A stretch of 64,000 bases of DNA, taken from assembly GCA_964016885.1 (NCBI GenBank), contig OZ024740.1, positions 360,096,001 to 360,160,000 on the forward strand. The letters are read 5' to 3'. The notes beneath the pieces were generated by a model. The model made no database searches. It was not told where the DNA came from and saw only the letters and a list, made by a program, of their open reading frames with translations. Every line of letters starts with the position of its first letter. Within the stretch, counting starts at the first letter, position 1. Shown in pieces: positions 40,107 to 53,340 of this stretch. The stretch comes from Eledone cirrhosa. Taxonomy: Eukaryota. Both the position numbers and the translations under genes were made by a program.

Positions 40107-41423
40107 TCATAATTCCTTTGTTTGCTATAATTTTCACCACAATCATGGATATCTTCCTAGTTTTCATTTTTATAGATTATACCTAGATATATTTTCGGCT
40201 ACATTCCCATTAACTGTGATCATTGGGGATACTGTAAATTCTGTTTTAATTTTGTCCAAGTTTATTTGGAATGCCAAATCATCTTAAACTTATTCCAAGC
40301 AGTGAAATAAAGAAATGCTGCTTTTAATTACAGTTCAGAGGAAATATTCCACAGTAATCCTACAATAGAATTATATAAACAGGGAGTTATCTTTTCTGTA
40401 TAACATTTTCTTTCAATCTGCAAAAGATAATGTTGGTGATACATCTGAAGTAAACAATTTTTTTATGCTGTCATCTGATATTCTGAAATAATAAAAACAT
40501 ATAAGAAACTTAAAAAGTATAGATTCAACAGAAGATATTTTATATTTCTATATTGTAAACTGTACCTATGAACCATTACCCAACCATTTGAATTTTACTT
40601 TTTAATTTGTGATAGAAATTACATCATACAACCTTGTGTGAGGTTTACATAGTTGCAAAGGCTACAGAAATACCTTCAGATTTTGTGACAGTAAGTATGT
40701 TAAACTACAGTCCAGACATGGAAGCAAAAACTGGAATCGTAAAGCCTTAAAATAAACTTAGCAAAGACTTAAGTAGTAAGTAGGAAAGAAGAAAAGTTCT
40801 TGATACCACCAAAGAAATGTTTTTACTCAATATACTAAACAGAAGCATGGCTGAATTCCATACTGTGAACCCAGTGCAAATTACAGACTCTCTCAAATAC
40901 TTGGATCTTGAGGTAGTTAGCAGTTTTTGTTACCTAGGTAACCTATAGCAGTGGAACTGAGTATTCTGAAAGCATAGTAACTAAGTGTAGTAAAAATAGG
41001 GTGGGAAAAGGTCAAGGACCACTACTTCTGCTGGTAAAAAGGGATTTCTCTCATAATGAAGGGTAGTGTGATGCTTGTTTGCGAAGTGTGGCAAGATGTG
41101 GGCTTTGAATGCAGAAGATACATGATGCCTTGAAATAATTGAGGCAAACACCATGCTTCACTGAATGTTCAATGAGCGAGATGTGGTCTTCCAACCTATC
41201 TAGGAGGATAGTAACTCCAAATAAGAACTGACTCAGACAATTATGACAGTGGTGATGATGATGAGGTATAGGTTTCAATTCCTATACACTACACGTTGCA
41301 CTAGTTACAATTTTACTTTATATCCAATTAAAATAGTAAAAACATTTATTTAAAAAAAACTTTTTTAATGTCACATAGTGTAAAGAACAGTCGCAAGAAA
41401 AAAAGGGGGAAAATACTACTCAC

Positions 41424-41608
41424 GTAATATAAAAATCATCGTAGTATGTATCAATACCTTTATATATAGGAAGAGAAATTAATGAAATTATGTTCAACAA
41501 AAAAGTTGCCAAGTTTACACGGTAGAAATAAAGATAAAAGCTACCTAAACAAAATATTGAACTGATGTTAAGAAATATAAACTTTCTCTGGAAATTGGAA
41601 TGGACTGT
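41424..41608 (-). other. Putative 5' UTR exon of the minus-strand ZNF gene
   Basis: Acceptor ttttcattttcattcAG at 41609, GTGAGT donor at 41423; a further upstream AG|GTAAGT donor at 42895. Confidence 0.45.
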
Positions 41609-41774
41609 CTGAATGAAAATGAAAACAATTAAATAATTATATGATATATAAATAAGGATTTAATTAAAATAGTGACTGTTACAAGATAAAATGAATGATA
41701 GCAAGACAAATTATCATCATAATTAACGGGGCACTAAACTAGTAAATAAAAAGTACTCAAACATCGCTACCCCA

Positions 41775-42160
41775 TCTCCCTTACCATCCTCCGGGGAAAC
41801 GCCTTCGCCATTCTGTCTGCCTGGGCCCTGGGGCCCTATTTGCTCACCATACAGAGAGATGGGAGCGATGACGGTGGGAGTTCGGTTCTTCCGTATTCGG
41901 GCACATTGCACACGTCTAGTGTGTATGATACGGGACCGAACGTTGTTGAGGAGAGCTCTCTGTCATGCAGAAAGCCCAGGCGCTAGCTGCCTCGTTGTTC
42001 CAGCGGACAGACTGGAGAAGGCGTAGCCCCGGAGGATGGCGAAGAGGCCATTCCAACTCGCGAATATCATTCCTGCGAGTCGTCAAGTCCGCCCAAGAGT
42101 TGTAAGGATGGGACCAAGAACACTGGAAGTCTCTACCGCTACAAGTTGGATGACAAAATT
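41775..42160 (+). other. GC-rich, highly self-complementary segment (structured RNA candidate or LINE 5' UTR)
   Basis: Nested helices 41784-41796/42027-42039, 41799-41810/42013-42024, 41812-41820/42003-42011 and 41819-41826/41974-41981, plus inner hairpins. Confidence 0.55.
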
Positions 42161-42188
42161 AACACCCTTACTTCCGTAAAAGTTTTTC

Positions 42189-42729
42189 GGCACTACAACG
42201 CTATTAGCTGTCAGTGGAAGCAGGCGAAGATGACGTCACTCGTCAAACATCGTTTATTTCCGTTTTACTACCACGCGTAAGTGGAGTTTTCACGCGTTTT
42301 TTAGAGATAGAGAGGGAAGACTTAAAAGGGCCAAATTAGAAAACAAGTCATGGTTATAAAGCATATCGATGTAAGTGGAGTTACTTAAATGAAAATATAG
42401 GTGGTCCTTAAAAGGGCCAAATTAGAAAACAAGTCATGGTTATACATTGATAACCATGACTTGTTTTCTAATTAACTTAAATTTGTTTTCTAATTTGGCC
42501 CTTTTAAGGGCCACCTATATTTTCATTTAACTCCACTTACATCGATATGCTTTATAACCATGACATGTTTTCTAATTTAGCCCTTTTAAGTCTTCCCTCT
42601 CTCTTATCTTTCTAAAAAAAACGCGTGAAAACTCCACTTACGCGTGGTAGTAAAACGGAAATAAACGATGTTTGACGAGTGACGTCATCTTCGCCTGCTT
42701 CCACTGACAGCCAATAGCGTTGTAGTGCC
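42189..42729. mobile_element. 541-bp palindromic non-autonomous DNA transposon, Merlin- or MULE-like
   Basis: Whole element is an inverted repeat centred near 42445; termini GGCACTACAACG...CGTTGTAGTGCC; 8-bp TSD agtttttc at 42181-42188 and 42730-42737. Confidence 0.9.
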
Positions 42730-43639
42730 AGTTTTTCTTGGTCTTCTTCATTTTCTTTCCTTCACCTTTCTGAACACACCAAAACAAAGAGATGTACCTA
42801 AAATGACTCGTATGCAATATGGGTATTTGTTTAAATAATGCTTACGATGTCACAATATGTTCAAGTGTTAGAACTTAAGTCACAGGAGAACTTACCTATA
42901 TTTTACTTCAAACGTTATTTACATTCCCACATGAACATAATATAGAATATTGCAGCTATTTCTTTACACAGTAAATTACCAATAATTCATTTTACAGTTG
43001 ATCTCCTAAATGTCAGTTGTAATCTGTAATTGACCAAATAATAGTTTCTTTAATAATAGCTGGCCAAATAATAGATATCTTTTAAACAATAACAGAGAAT
43101 AAACAGAAAGAGTTAGGTGTCAAGGGAAGTAACTCTATTTTCAACGTAACTGTTCCTAAATATATACGTGATAAATTTTGTGCCTCCTCCTCCATTATCA
43201 TCATTAAATTTTCTTATAGACACATTAAAAAAATCGATACTCTATAGTCAAAACATCATCTAATTATACTGTTATAAAGTAAATAATTCGACTCTGTACG
43301 GATATAAGATGGACCTCCGTCAGTTTCGACGACGAATGTTCCGGTTGTTCAATCAATGGAACAATTAAAGCGCACGTAGCTGAGCATTCTACACGTGTAC
43401 CATTAACGTAATTCTCAGGGGGATTCAACATGAAACCGTGTGTGACAAAGTACAGTCCAACCACTTACAGTGGTGCCAATATTAGAGAGGTTCTCAGACA
43501 CTCACTGTATACAGAGGGTCCTCTCTACTTATGTTATTTCATTTACTTTTAGCATCAGTGTTTGTATCAGTAGGTGGTTCTTTTGTATTTATGGTATATT
43601 GCCAGTAGTTAGGTCTTGTATCATTTCTTTCGTGAGGTA

Positions 43640-44800
43640 ATTTTTCAGAATTTCGTCTCAGTCTTCTTTTGTCTCTCACTACCACATGTTCTGTCTACTT
43701 TTGCACTCGGCACTTTTTTATGTATTACATGTCCATACCAGTGCAACCATCTCTCTTGCACACTATATTCAATTCATCAGCTTCTCTTAGTTCACTAGTG
43801 CTTTGTCATTCATGCACACTAATATAACACACTCAGCAGAGCACACATGCCTCCATTATTTTTAGTCACCTCAGATTTACACTCTAGGCCCATGTATCGC
43901 TGCCAGGTAGCATAGCAATTTGAACGCAAGTAACAGTTCCTTTAACTTATTCCATCCTGTATAGTTTTAGTACATCCACCGCTATGGCTGACGTCCTCTA
44001 GATAGCAACTTCTAGTGAGTCTTCTCAACATTTAAGAGAGTTCGTTTCCAGAGTATGCTTATTACTCCTGTGCACATATGAAGTCTTCCTTTTTTGTCAG
44101 CCTACCTGGGATTCTGATACATCTCTTGTGTAACCACTGTACACTGGGTGTACCATATAGTTTTTTTACTACTCTTTTTTGCAATTTGACCACAATCATT
44201 TTCCTAATGGTAGCAGAGTGTAGTCCACTTTCCTTCTTACTAAAACTTTAGTTTTTGCTAGGCTTACTTTGAGATGCTTTGATTCTAGATTTTGTTTCCA
44301 TGTCTGGGACATCAGCTCTAGTTCTACATTATCTGCTATGAGTGCTAAATCATCAGCATACAAGAGTTCTCATGGACAAAACAATCTTGGTTTTGAGAAT
44401 TATAAGCAAGTGCGGGGGGGGGGGTCCTTAGTGTTTCTACCTGCACACAAAAATCATTGTTGTATACATTAACCCTCATCTTGCTGACTGCACCCCTATA
44501 CATGGCCTGTAGAAGCCATTCATCTATAACTAGCTTCTTGACAGAACTTATTCTTAGCTAAGTACTTTAGTTGTCTCACTAGGAAGATAACATTGGTAGT
44601 GTTTTTCCCCAACATAAAGCCAAACCGTACCTTTTCAAGATTAATTCTATCCCTAATCAACTTGTTATCACTCTTTCATAACTTGATCTAACAAGTTGGT
44701 GCCCCAGTAAACACCTCTCTAATGAATCTCCTTTTCTCTTGTAGCAATTAATAACGATGCTACTATGCCAGTCAATGGGTATGATACCTTTTTGTACTGT
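43640..44800 (-). mobile_element. Old degraded RTE LINE fragment
   Basis: ELLYADDL, KTKVL and WYGHV remnants on the minus strand. Confidence 0.75.
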
Positions 44801-44839
44801 AACATAATTCTATTAAGGCTGTACACCATGATGTTGATT

Positions 44840-45600
44840 GAGATTGGAAATCTGGTTATGGGGATAATGTCCTGATGTTGAAGATACCATCAAAAATTGT
44901 TCTAGAAGCTCTGAGATTAAACCAATAGAGAAAACCACTGAGTATACTTAGCCAACTAAAGTTAAGGTTTGGTCACATGTACATATAAATTATGGTTATG
45001 GACAAGACGTTGGTTTAGTACTCATCATGGCTGATACCTTTTCTAGGTGACTGGAAGTGGTGAAAATCATTAATAGATCTGCTAAAACTGTGATCAATGT
45101 TTTGAGGATCATTTTTGCAAGGAATGGATTTTTACGTGTATTGGTTTCTGACAATGCTGCTGAATTTTGTGATGAGAAATTGGTTGGAAAAGTTTGGCTG
45201 CATACCATTCATCTTTTAATGGTCTTATTGAACAAATGGCACAAGCAGTAAAAATAGTAATTAAAGCTGTTTCTAAACAATTTGGATTCTTTTAATCTTA
45301 TTTGTCAATGTGTTTCCTTAGTTACAGATCCATTCCACATTCTGGTAGAAAGGAGAGCCCTTCAGCATTGGTAGGGCGTCAGATAAAGACATTGACAATG
45401 AAATCTACTGTGGTATATATCTAAAGTAGGTGCTGTTCCAGAAAGGGCTTAATATCTAATACAAAATGGAAGAAATACATCATTAGTTGTGTAGAATTAC
45501 AAATTTGTTCTAGTGCACAATGACCAAATAAGAAAATAGCTAGTCCTAGTAATCCAAATGTTGATTTACAAGAACATATTACCAGTGATGAGCCTTCAGA
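44840..45600 (+). mobile_element. Gypsy/Ty3 LTR retrotransposon integrase relic
   Basis: WSHVHINY, ADTFSR*LEVV and TVINVLRIIFARNGFLRVLVSDNAAEF (rve core), followed by YRSIPHS. Confidence 0.75.
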
Positions 45601-46915
45601 GAACCTTATTCCGGCCGCTTGTATTTGCAATTATACTCTTTCGGTGTTTAATAGTTAGTTGCTAATTTTTATATAAAGATTAGTGTTACCTTAAGTGTGT
45701 TTGGTAGTTGAAAAGATAAATTAAACAGCAGGGCGGGAATGGGATGAAACGAAAAGAACACTTACTGCGCATACAATTCCTGTATAGGGTATTTTATAAC
45801 TGACGATGACCACAACAAATGATCAGCTTAAAAAATTGAAATTCTGTTTCATGTCTTTCATTCTTTCTTTCATGAAATAGTTTCCCCTTCTAATAACACT
45901 TCAATCTCGCACGTGTTATTTTGGTTATTAGCGTCAGGGGAGATAACATTGTCTTGGTTTAATGTTTAAGACAAAACGAAAAATGCATAAATGTTTGTTA
46001 ATGGTGTATATGTATTTTAGAATATTCCAGTAAGTGTTACAAATGGAAGAGGGTAATTGTTTTTTGTTGTTTTTTTTTTGTGCCGTTTTGAACTGAGCTG
46101 GCTTCTTTTTGTCGTTTATGCATTTCTTTTACACCTATAAAAATTACATATACGGATGTTTACACATCTAAACATCACGGATGTTGATATACACATAAAT
46201 ATATGATTAATCATTTTTTAAAAGGTAATATTTTAAGCTCTAATTAAACTTTAATTAGTTACCTACCTAGCTATGTGTGATTACACACTTTACAAATTAT
46301 CCCCTATGATTGTTTCATGTGTTTATTTTAAATATATATATATGTCAATCAATTTCTAGTTGATATAAAATGCACGGATCTACTCATTGGAACCTTTGAG
46401 TTTATTCTACGGTGGATATGGTGCATGTCTCGGACATGACTCCCTTAATTTAATTAATTTTGGATATATGAATATATGTATATTGATAGCTTTAGGGTCA
46501 CAGACTTGCAGATCTGTTATATGGACAGATCACTGTAAATTTACATATTTTTCTATTTTACATTCTGCGGTGTTATTCAATTTCATGTCAGCATGATCGA
46601 ATAGACTTATCAAAGACTTGTCGTAGCCTCCCCGTTTGTTTGTTTATTATTTTCCTTTTTCCTAAGACTACATTGTCGAACGAGCTCCTGTGTTTTACAG
46701 ATATTCATAAGTCGAACGGCAGCGTTGGCGCTCCCTCGTTCATATGTTATTTTGCTGAATAAGACTGATTTACCTTGAGTTGGATATATTGAGTTTGTAA
46801 ATATATTAAATTATGTTAGGAAACCGTATATCATACATCACCGGTGTTATTCAAGGAAAGGTATCATTTTGAGTGACACCGCCTACTTAGTATTCGTATA
46901 ACTTCATTATTATCA

Positions 46916-47481
46916 CTAGCAGAAAAACCACCCTTCGGGTGGTTTTCTGCTAGCATGTGTAGTGTGTATATTGATATTATACGCAAGTATATATACATGT
47001 AGATATGATACATCAAATAAAATCGTAATTGACAATATAAACAGAAATTGAACGAAGACGTTGTTACACTGTCTTATGTAATCAGTAACGTAATCCATGA
47101 TACATTAAAAAAAGACGATATTATATATAAACTGCATTAGGAGAAAATTAGTATGTTTATTTAAGTGATCGCCACTGGAAGTGTTGACATCATACACTCT
47201 CTCTTTCTATATATATATATATGGTAGTTGAAGAGGTGGTGGCAACGATATACCGGAAGTGCAACTTTGAAAAGAAGTCAATTTTAAATTATTTTTGTTT
47301 ACAAAATTTATTAGATAAATTATGTAATATTCATTCATTATTTATTCAAAATAATCCAACTTATTTTACTAACGGGATAAAAAAAAAAAAACCCTCAAAG
47401 TAATCCAACTTATTTTACTAACGGGATAAAAAAAAATAAACCGTACGCAGTCCCGCAGACCTTCCTTTAATATAGTTTAGA
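46916..47481 (-). mobile_element. Non-autonomous Helitron, same family as 15351-15831
   Basis: Reverse-complement similarity along its length, TC 5' end, GC hairpin plus CTAG 3' end, A|T target. Internal ~35-bp duplication at 47352-47437. Confidence 0.85.
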
Positions 47482-47586
47482 TGTAAACAGAGACCCATAA
47501 TAATGATTAAAAAAACCCACAAAACTGAACTATTATAAATATAACTCAGACATTTCTCAGCTTTTAAGAATTCCTGGAGAATTAAT

Positions 47587-48993
47587 ATGGAGAATGTCGA
47601 TCACTTGGACAGTTTTAACAATATAGATTCTGTTACACCAACATACAGTAGTGATGATCCTTTATACAGTGAAACGTTTCCTAAACAAAGATCATTACAC
47701 AAAAATATTACTGAATATACCTGTGAGATTTGTGCAAAAATATTGTTTTCAGAGCATGAACTCTTAATACACAAAAAAGTACACAATAGAGAAAAACGCT
47801 TCCATTGTGAAATATGTGGGAAATCTTTTGTTTTTGACAGTCATTTAACAAGACACAAAATAATACACACTAAAGAAAAAGTGTTTCACTGTGAAATATG
47901 TGAGAAATATTTTGTATCTAACAGTCAGTTAAGAACACACATACGTAGTCACACTGGAGAAAAACTGTTTCACTGTGAAATATGTGGGAAATCTTTCATT
48001 GAAAAATCCAAGCTTACAATCCACGAACGTTGTCACACCGGAGAAAAACCATATCATTGTGAAATTTGTGGAAAATCGTTTGTTAATAATAGTGCATTAA
48101 CAACACATAGAAGAATACATACTGGAGAAAAACCATTCCACTGCGAAATATGTGGGAAATCTTTCACTCAAAATTCTAGTCTTGTTACCCATAAACGTAG
48201 TCACACTGGAGAAAAACCTTACCACTGTGAAACATGTGGGAAATCTTTCACTCAGAATTCTCATCTAGTAATTCACAAATATAGTCACACCGGAGAAAAA
48301 CCGTTCCATTGTGAAGTATGTGGGAAATCTTTCATTGAGACATCTAAACTTACAATCCACATACGTAGTCACACTGGAGAAAAAGATTATCACTGTGAAA
48401 TATGTGGGAAATCATTTGTCGAAAATTCGAAACTTGTTACCCACAAAAGAATACACACTGGCGAAAAACCCTATCTTTGTGAAATATGTGGAAAATCTTT
48501 TATGAATAACAGTCATTTAACAAAACACAAAATAATACATACTGGGGAAAAACCTTATCATTGTGAAATATGTGGAAAATCTTTCATTAATAATTCAATT
48601 CTTGTTGTCCATAATCGTAGTCACACTGGAGAAAAACCATATCACTGTGATATATGTGGAAAATCTCTTAGTGATAATAGTAGTTTGGTGAGACATAAAA
48701 GAATACACACTGGGGAAAAACCATTCCACTGTGAAATATGTAGGAAATCATTCTCTATTTACTCTAATCTTGTTACCCATAAAAGAATACATACTGGAGA
48801 AAAACCATATCATTGTGGAATATGTGGGAAATCATTTGGCGATAATAGTTATTTAACAAGCCACAAAAGAATACACACTGGAGAAAAACCTTATTGTTGT
48901 AAAATATGTGGAAAATCCTTTATCACTACCACTAATTTAAAAAGACACAAACAAATACACACTAGAAGGAAGACATTTAACAATAAAACATGA
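47587..48993 (+). CDS. C2H2 zinc-finger protein, 468 aa, 15 tandem fingers
   Basis: Intact ORF with 15 C2H2 units and TGEKP linkers after a 45-aa acidic leader; acceptor catttctcAG at 47560. Confidence 0.95.
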   Translation: MENVDHLDSFNNIDSVTPTYSSDDPLYSETFPKQRSLHKNITEYTCEICAKILFSEHELLIHKKVHNREKRFHCEICGKSFVFDSHLTRHKIIHTKEKVFHCEICEKYFVSNSQLRTHIRSHTGEKLFHCEICGKSFIEKSKLTIHERCHTGEKPYHCEICGKSFVNNSALTTHRRIHTGEKPFHCEICGKSFTQNSSLVTHKRSHTGEKPYHCETCGKSFTQNSHLVIHKYSHTGEKPFHCEVCGKSFIETSKLTIHIRSHTGEKDYHCEICGKSFVENSKLVTHKRIHTGEKPYLCEICGKSFMNNSHLTKHKIIHTGEKPYHCEICGKSFINNSILVVHNRSHTGEKPYHCDICGKSLSDNSSLVRHKRIHTGEKPFHCEICRKSFSIYSNLVTHKRIHTGEKPYHCGICGKSFGDNSYLTSHKRIHTGEKPYCCKICGKSFITTTNLKRHKQIHTRRKTFNNKT

Positions 48994-51179
48994 GACATCA
49001 TTCTCTTTCAATTTTAAACTTGTCCACCAACAAGTACACTTTGAAGAACATTTAATCATGGTGAAATGAATTCTCGTTGTGATTATGATAGTCTGCAAAT
49101 GTGTTCTAGTTTAATGAAAACCTTTTCCTTAGTTTATTTGGATTATACTATCCTTGCCTGCAAACCCAAAATGTCCACAACGATGAACTACAAAAGAATG
49201 AAGCTGGCACACCTACACAGTAAAATGGAACTACTGAAAAAGGAGTGATCAGCTGTAAATGTTTGGAGGTGGCACAATTTATGACAGCAAGTTTCAACCC
49301 TCACAATCCCTGCCACTACATGCACAGTGTTCTACAAACAGAACACTCCATTCATAACATTGATGTATCAAGAAGAGCAGTTATTCCAAATATTGACTGT
49401 TCAACTCATGGTAGTGTAGTGAATGCATGCAAGAGAATACTTAAATGTAAAGAAATTGGAAGGGTAAAAGACAGTCTTAAATAAGCAAGCACAAATGACC
49501 AAGTACAAAATTACAGTTGCTTTTCATTTACACTACATAAGGTCAACTTAATATTACTATGTAGAAAAGGTGATACACAATAACTCAAATATTAATTACA
49601 ATAAAAGAAGTGTAATGTAATATGTGTATTTGTTTTGTGTGTTAAATGATAAATACCTTGTGAATGCATAATTCCCCTGTATCTAAAGAACACACAGACA
49701 CATCATGTCTTAAAGAGAAGGCATAATAAGAGTTGTTAGCTTGAATACCAAGTGTACCATACAAATCTGGCTGACAGATTTGACAAGGATTTTGAAGATT
49801 CTTCAAAGAACTGAAATTTTCATTGAGTTTTACAACATGCTGTCATGTGACCGAATAGTTCGAGAATATTCTCTAGATGAACAATGGGTTAGACGTAAAA
49901 TTTTCTTATGAAAATTGACAGGTCATTTTATCCAACGAAAAGTGTTAATCAGGGCTGCAAATATAGAATGAAGGTGTTAGATGGACTAGGCAAATCCACT
50001 TCCTTAGTGTACCCAAAGGGAGGATGAATCTATTCTATTCCAATATGGAAAGTGGATGTAAAATGATATTTTGGGAAATCCTTATTTATGTATTTTAAAC
50101 TTGTAGTTTACAAATGCATATATACTGGACAACATTTTTTATCTATGTGAAATATGTGTGGAATCATTCAGTATGAAGTTTCACTCATATTCCACTGCTA
50201 AATACAGACTGAACAGTTTTTACAATATGAATATGTCACATTAATTTTTCTTGTGAAATACTACTTAGTGTTAATTTAAAACATACAGTTATACTTTTAT
50301 ACTTAATGTTGCATGGTAGCAAGACATGGGCAATAAATGTCAAGGATATGCAAAAACTACAGAGAAATGAAGTGAACATGCTCCGATGGATGTGGATGAG
50401 CAACAAAATATGGATAAGTTGTGAGAAAGGCTGGATATAAGATGAATCAGATGTAGTGGTGCAAGGGAGAAGACTGCACTGGTACGGTCATGTGATCTCA
50501 CTGCAGAGATAATGAAGGACCTTGACGAGTGGAGGTATGCTGTATTAGAAAGACCCACCCAACTCATGCATGCATGGAAAAATTGGCATAAAATGGTGAT
50601 GATGATTCACTGTAATCCACAAATGCATTTTGGTGAAAGCTCTATTCATTGTTATTTGGATTGGCAGTATCGGTAGAGGGTTGGATGCCATGCTTTCCAG
50701 CATAGTTACGTCCCTTTACGATCTGAGTTCAAATCCCGCCGAGGTTGACTGCCTTTCATCCTTACGGGGTTGATAAAATAAAGTACCAGTAATGCACTGG
50801 GTAATTGCTGGCCTTGTGCCTAAAGTAGAAACAGTTATTTGCATTAAAACTTTTTTTAGAGACAGTCACATTATTTATTTGTAAAACCTTACACTGAAAA
50901 TTCTCATTGAAAATCCGTTTTCCAACATACACACAAAGGAAAATATGTTGAAATCTTTCTCTGAATATAAGTAAAAGGAATAAATAACTGATAAATTCAT
51001 GTAATATCATATCACAAAAATTTATATAAAATCTTATAACTATGTGTTGGGGTGTATTTTCTAGAGTTGAAATTATCACATAGAGACAACCTACTGAGGG
51101 CCACAGATAATATTTGTAAAGTACCAGTAATACACTGAGATAATTGCTGGCCTTGTGCCAAAAGTAGAAACAAATATTT

Positions 51180-52990
51180 GTGGATGGAACAATGTGTCAG
51201 CTAGATGGAAGAGGACATGGTGGTGAAACAATATTGTAGATAGGGTGATAAAAGCTAAAAACAAAATGGTTGGGAAGTAACAGAGCTCATACCAAATAGC
51301 TGGAAGAGAAACTAGATATTAGGTCTACTTATCAAAATGAAAACCAGAAAGTAAGATGTTAGCCAATGTTCTATGGTATGAGAATTGAAGTTACAAAGTA
51401 TTCTGGATTGCAAGACTGAATAAAAGAGAACAAAGACATTGGAAGAGTATATACAGAATGACTGGCACATATTCTTGCTGACACCGAAATGAAAACATGG
51501 AAGTGCTGCTAAATGAGGAAAATGTATGGGAGAATGAGGCTCTAACCCAAGTAGACACAACTGAGGGACCAACTATCAAAGTTGACAGCAGGATGGTAGA
51601 TAAGGTGATTAAGGATATGAATGTAGAGAAGGAAACTGGAACATCAGATATTGTCAATAAAATTATTAAATTATTCAGCAGAGCAGAACTCTGGCTAGTC
51701 ACTTGCATAGTAAAACAGATAGTACAGGAAGATGTCACCCCAAATTTGTTTAGTAGCATCATTGTCAACTATTACATGGGTAAAGAAGACATGAGAGAGA
51801 TGCATTAAATTGCTGGATCAGGTTAAGGAGGTTACAGAAAGATTGATAGTAAAGTTGATTGGGAATAGAATTAATCTTGATGAGATGCAATTTAGCTTTA
51901 TGCCAGGGAGGAGCACTACCTCATGAGATAGCTGCAGAAGTACTTAGATGAGAATATGCCCTTATACTTAGCATTCATTGATATAGAAAAGGTCTTTGAA
52001 GGAATCCTGTGCTCTGTAGTCTGGTGTGCACTTTGGAAGTTAAAGGTAGATGAATGATGATAGGTATTCAAAACATTTATGGGGATACAATCAACATGGT
52101 GAGGGCTAACAATGAAAATAATGATGAATTTAGTGGGTAGGAGTTCACCAAGTCTCAGTTTACAGTGCTCTCCTATTTATTATAGTTATCCAAGCCGTAA
52201 CAGAATTTAAAACTGTCCATGGGAGCACCTATATGTAGATGACCTATCACTCAGAAGAAATTGCACAAGAATTAGAAAAGTTTCAGTCATGGAAAAAATA
52301 TGGAATAAAAGGGCTTTAAACCATTAGGACTCTGCTACCTTCATGTAAATGGCTGTGCTCAATATGCCCCAAAAAAGAGTAGGAAAACACTTCACACATT
52401 ATATCCAGGTGGACAGTGGGAATGTGGGTAGGCTGTCAGAGAAGGTAGACTTTATCATCATCATCATCATTTAATGTCCACTTTCCATGCTAGCATATGT
52501 GAGAAGTATACAGGAGTAGTAAACAGTTAGGGTACTTGTAAAATAATCTTCTAAATATTCAGAAGGCTCACTATAAATAGTTGAAAGACTTTGCTAAGTG
52601 ACCTCATTAGCAGTGGAGGTGGGTGTACCGAATGCGCTGTAGCCAGAGTGAGAACAAACGGCTTCTCTCTCTCTCTCAGTAAAGTGGGGATTGTATAATG
52701 TTTGTATCCGAACTGCTATGCTGCATGCAATTAGACATGGGCCTTTTCAATGGCTAAAAGGAACTATGACATGCATACTTCACTGAATGTATAATGTTAG
52801 TGTGCATGAATGAATACAAAAGAAATTGAATGGAAGGTGTAAGAGAGACAATTGTGCTGGTATGGTCATATGATATAGAAGCAATGCTAAAAGTAAGTGT
52901 GGTGAGAGACAAGACTACATGGAATGGAAAGGTCTCTTTAGTGGACAAGACAGCTTCCCTAGTGGCAGTGTTAAAGTGTAACTGACTCAC
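51180..52990 (+). mobile_element. Old degraded RTE LINE
   Basis: LLNEENVWE..EGPTIKVDS, LDEMQF and LYVDDL remnants. Confidence 0.8.
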
Positions 52991-53014
52991 TACCTATAAA
53001 GTGGTGAGTGATAT

Positions 53015-53340
53015 GTCAATAATAACCTCAACACACAACACTATATCACAATAACAATAGACTCATAACACTATGTCACAATAACAACAGACACACAACA
53101 CTATCACAATAACAATTTCAACACAACAATGTATGTCTCAATAACTTCAACACACAACACTGTTGGTCATAATAACGACCTCAACACACTATACACTTTT
53201 TGCCACAATAACAACAGACATAACACTATGTCCCAATAACAACAGACAAAACAGTGTATGTCACAATAACAAGATATATAACACTCTATATCATAATAAC
53301 AATAATAGATACACAACACTGTTTGTCATAATAACAATCT
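53015..53340. repeat. Minisatellite, ~30-bp unit, about 10 copies
   Basis: Repeated cacaacactatgtcacaataacaa(c/t)aga. Confidence 0.85.

Noticed and set aside
41775-42160. Telomerase RNA, RNase P/MRP, SRP or HDV ribozyme identity for the structured segment
   Set aside because: No CTAACCC template, no P4/CR-V motif pair, no SRP helix-8 motif, and no complete HDV pairing could be fitted by eye.
53015-53340. CRISPR-like regular ~30-bp repeats (also the ~38-bp SINE subrepeats)
   Set aside because: Units are contiguous and degenerate with no unique spacers, there are no cas genes, and the context is eukaryotic.
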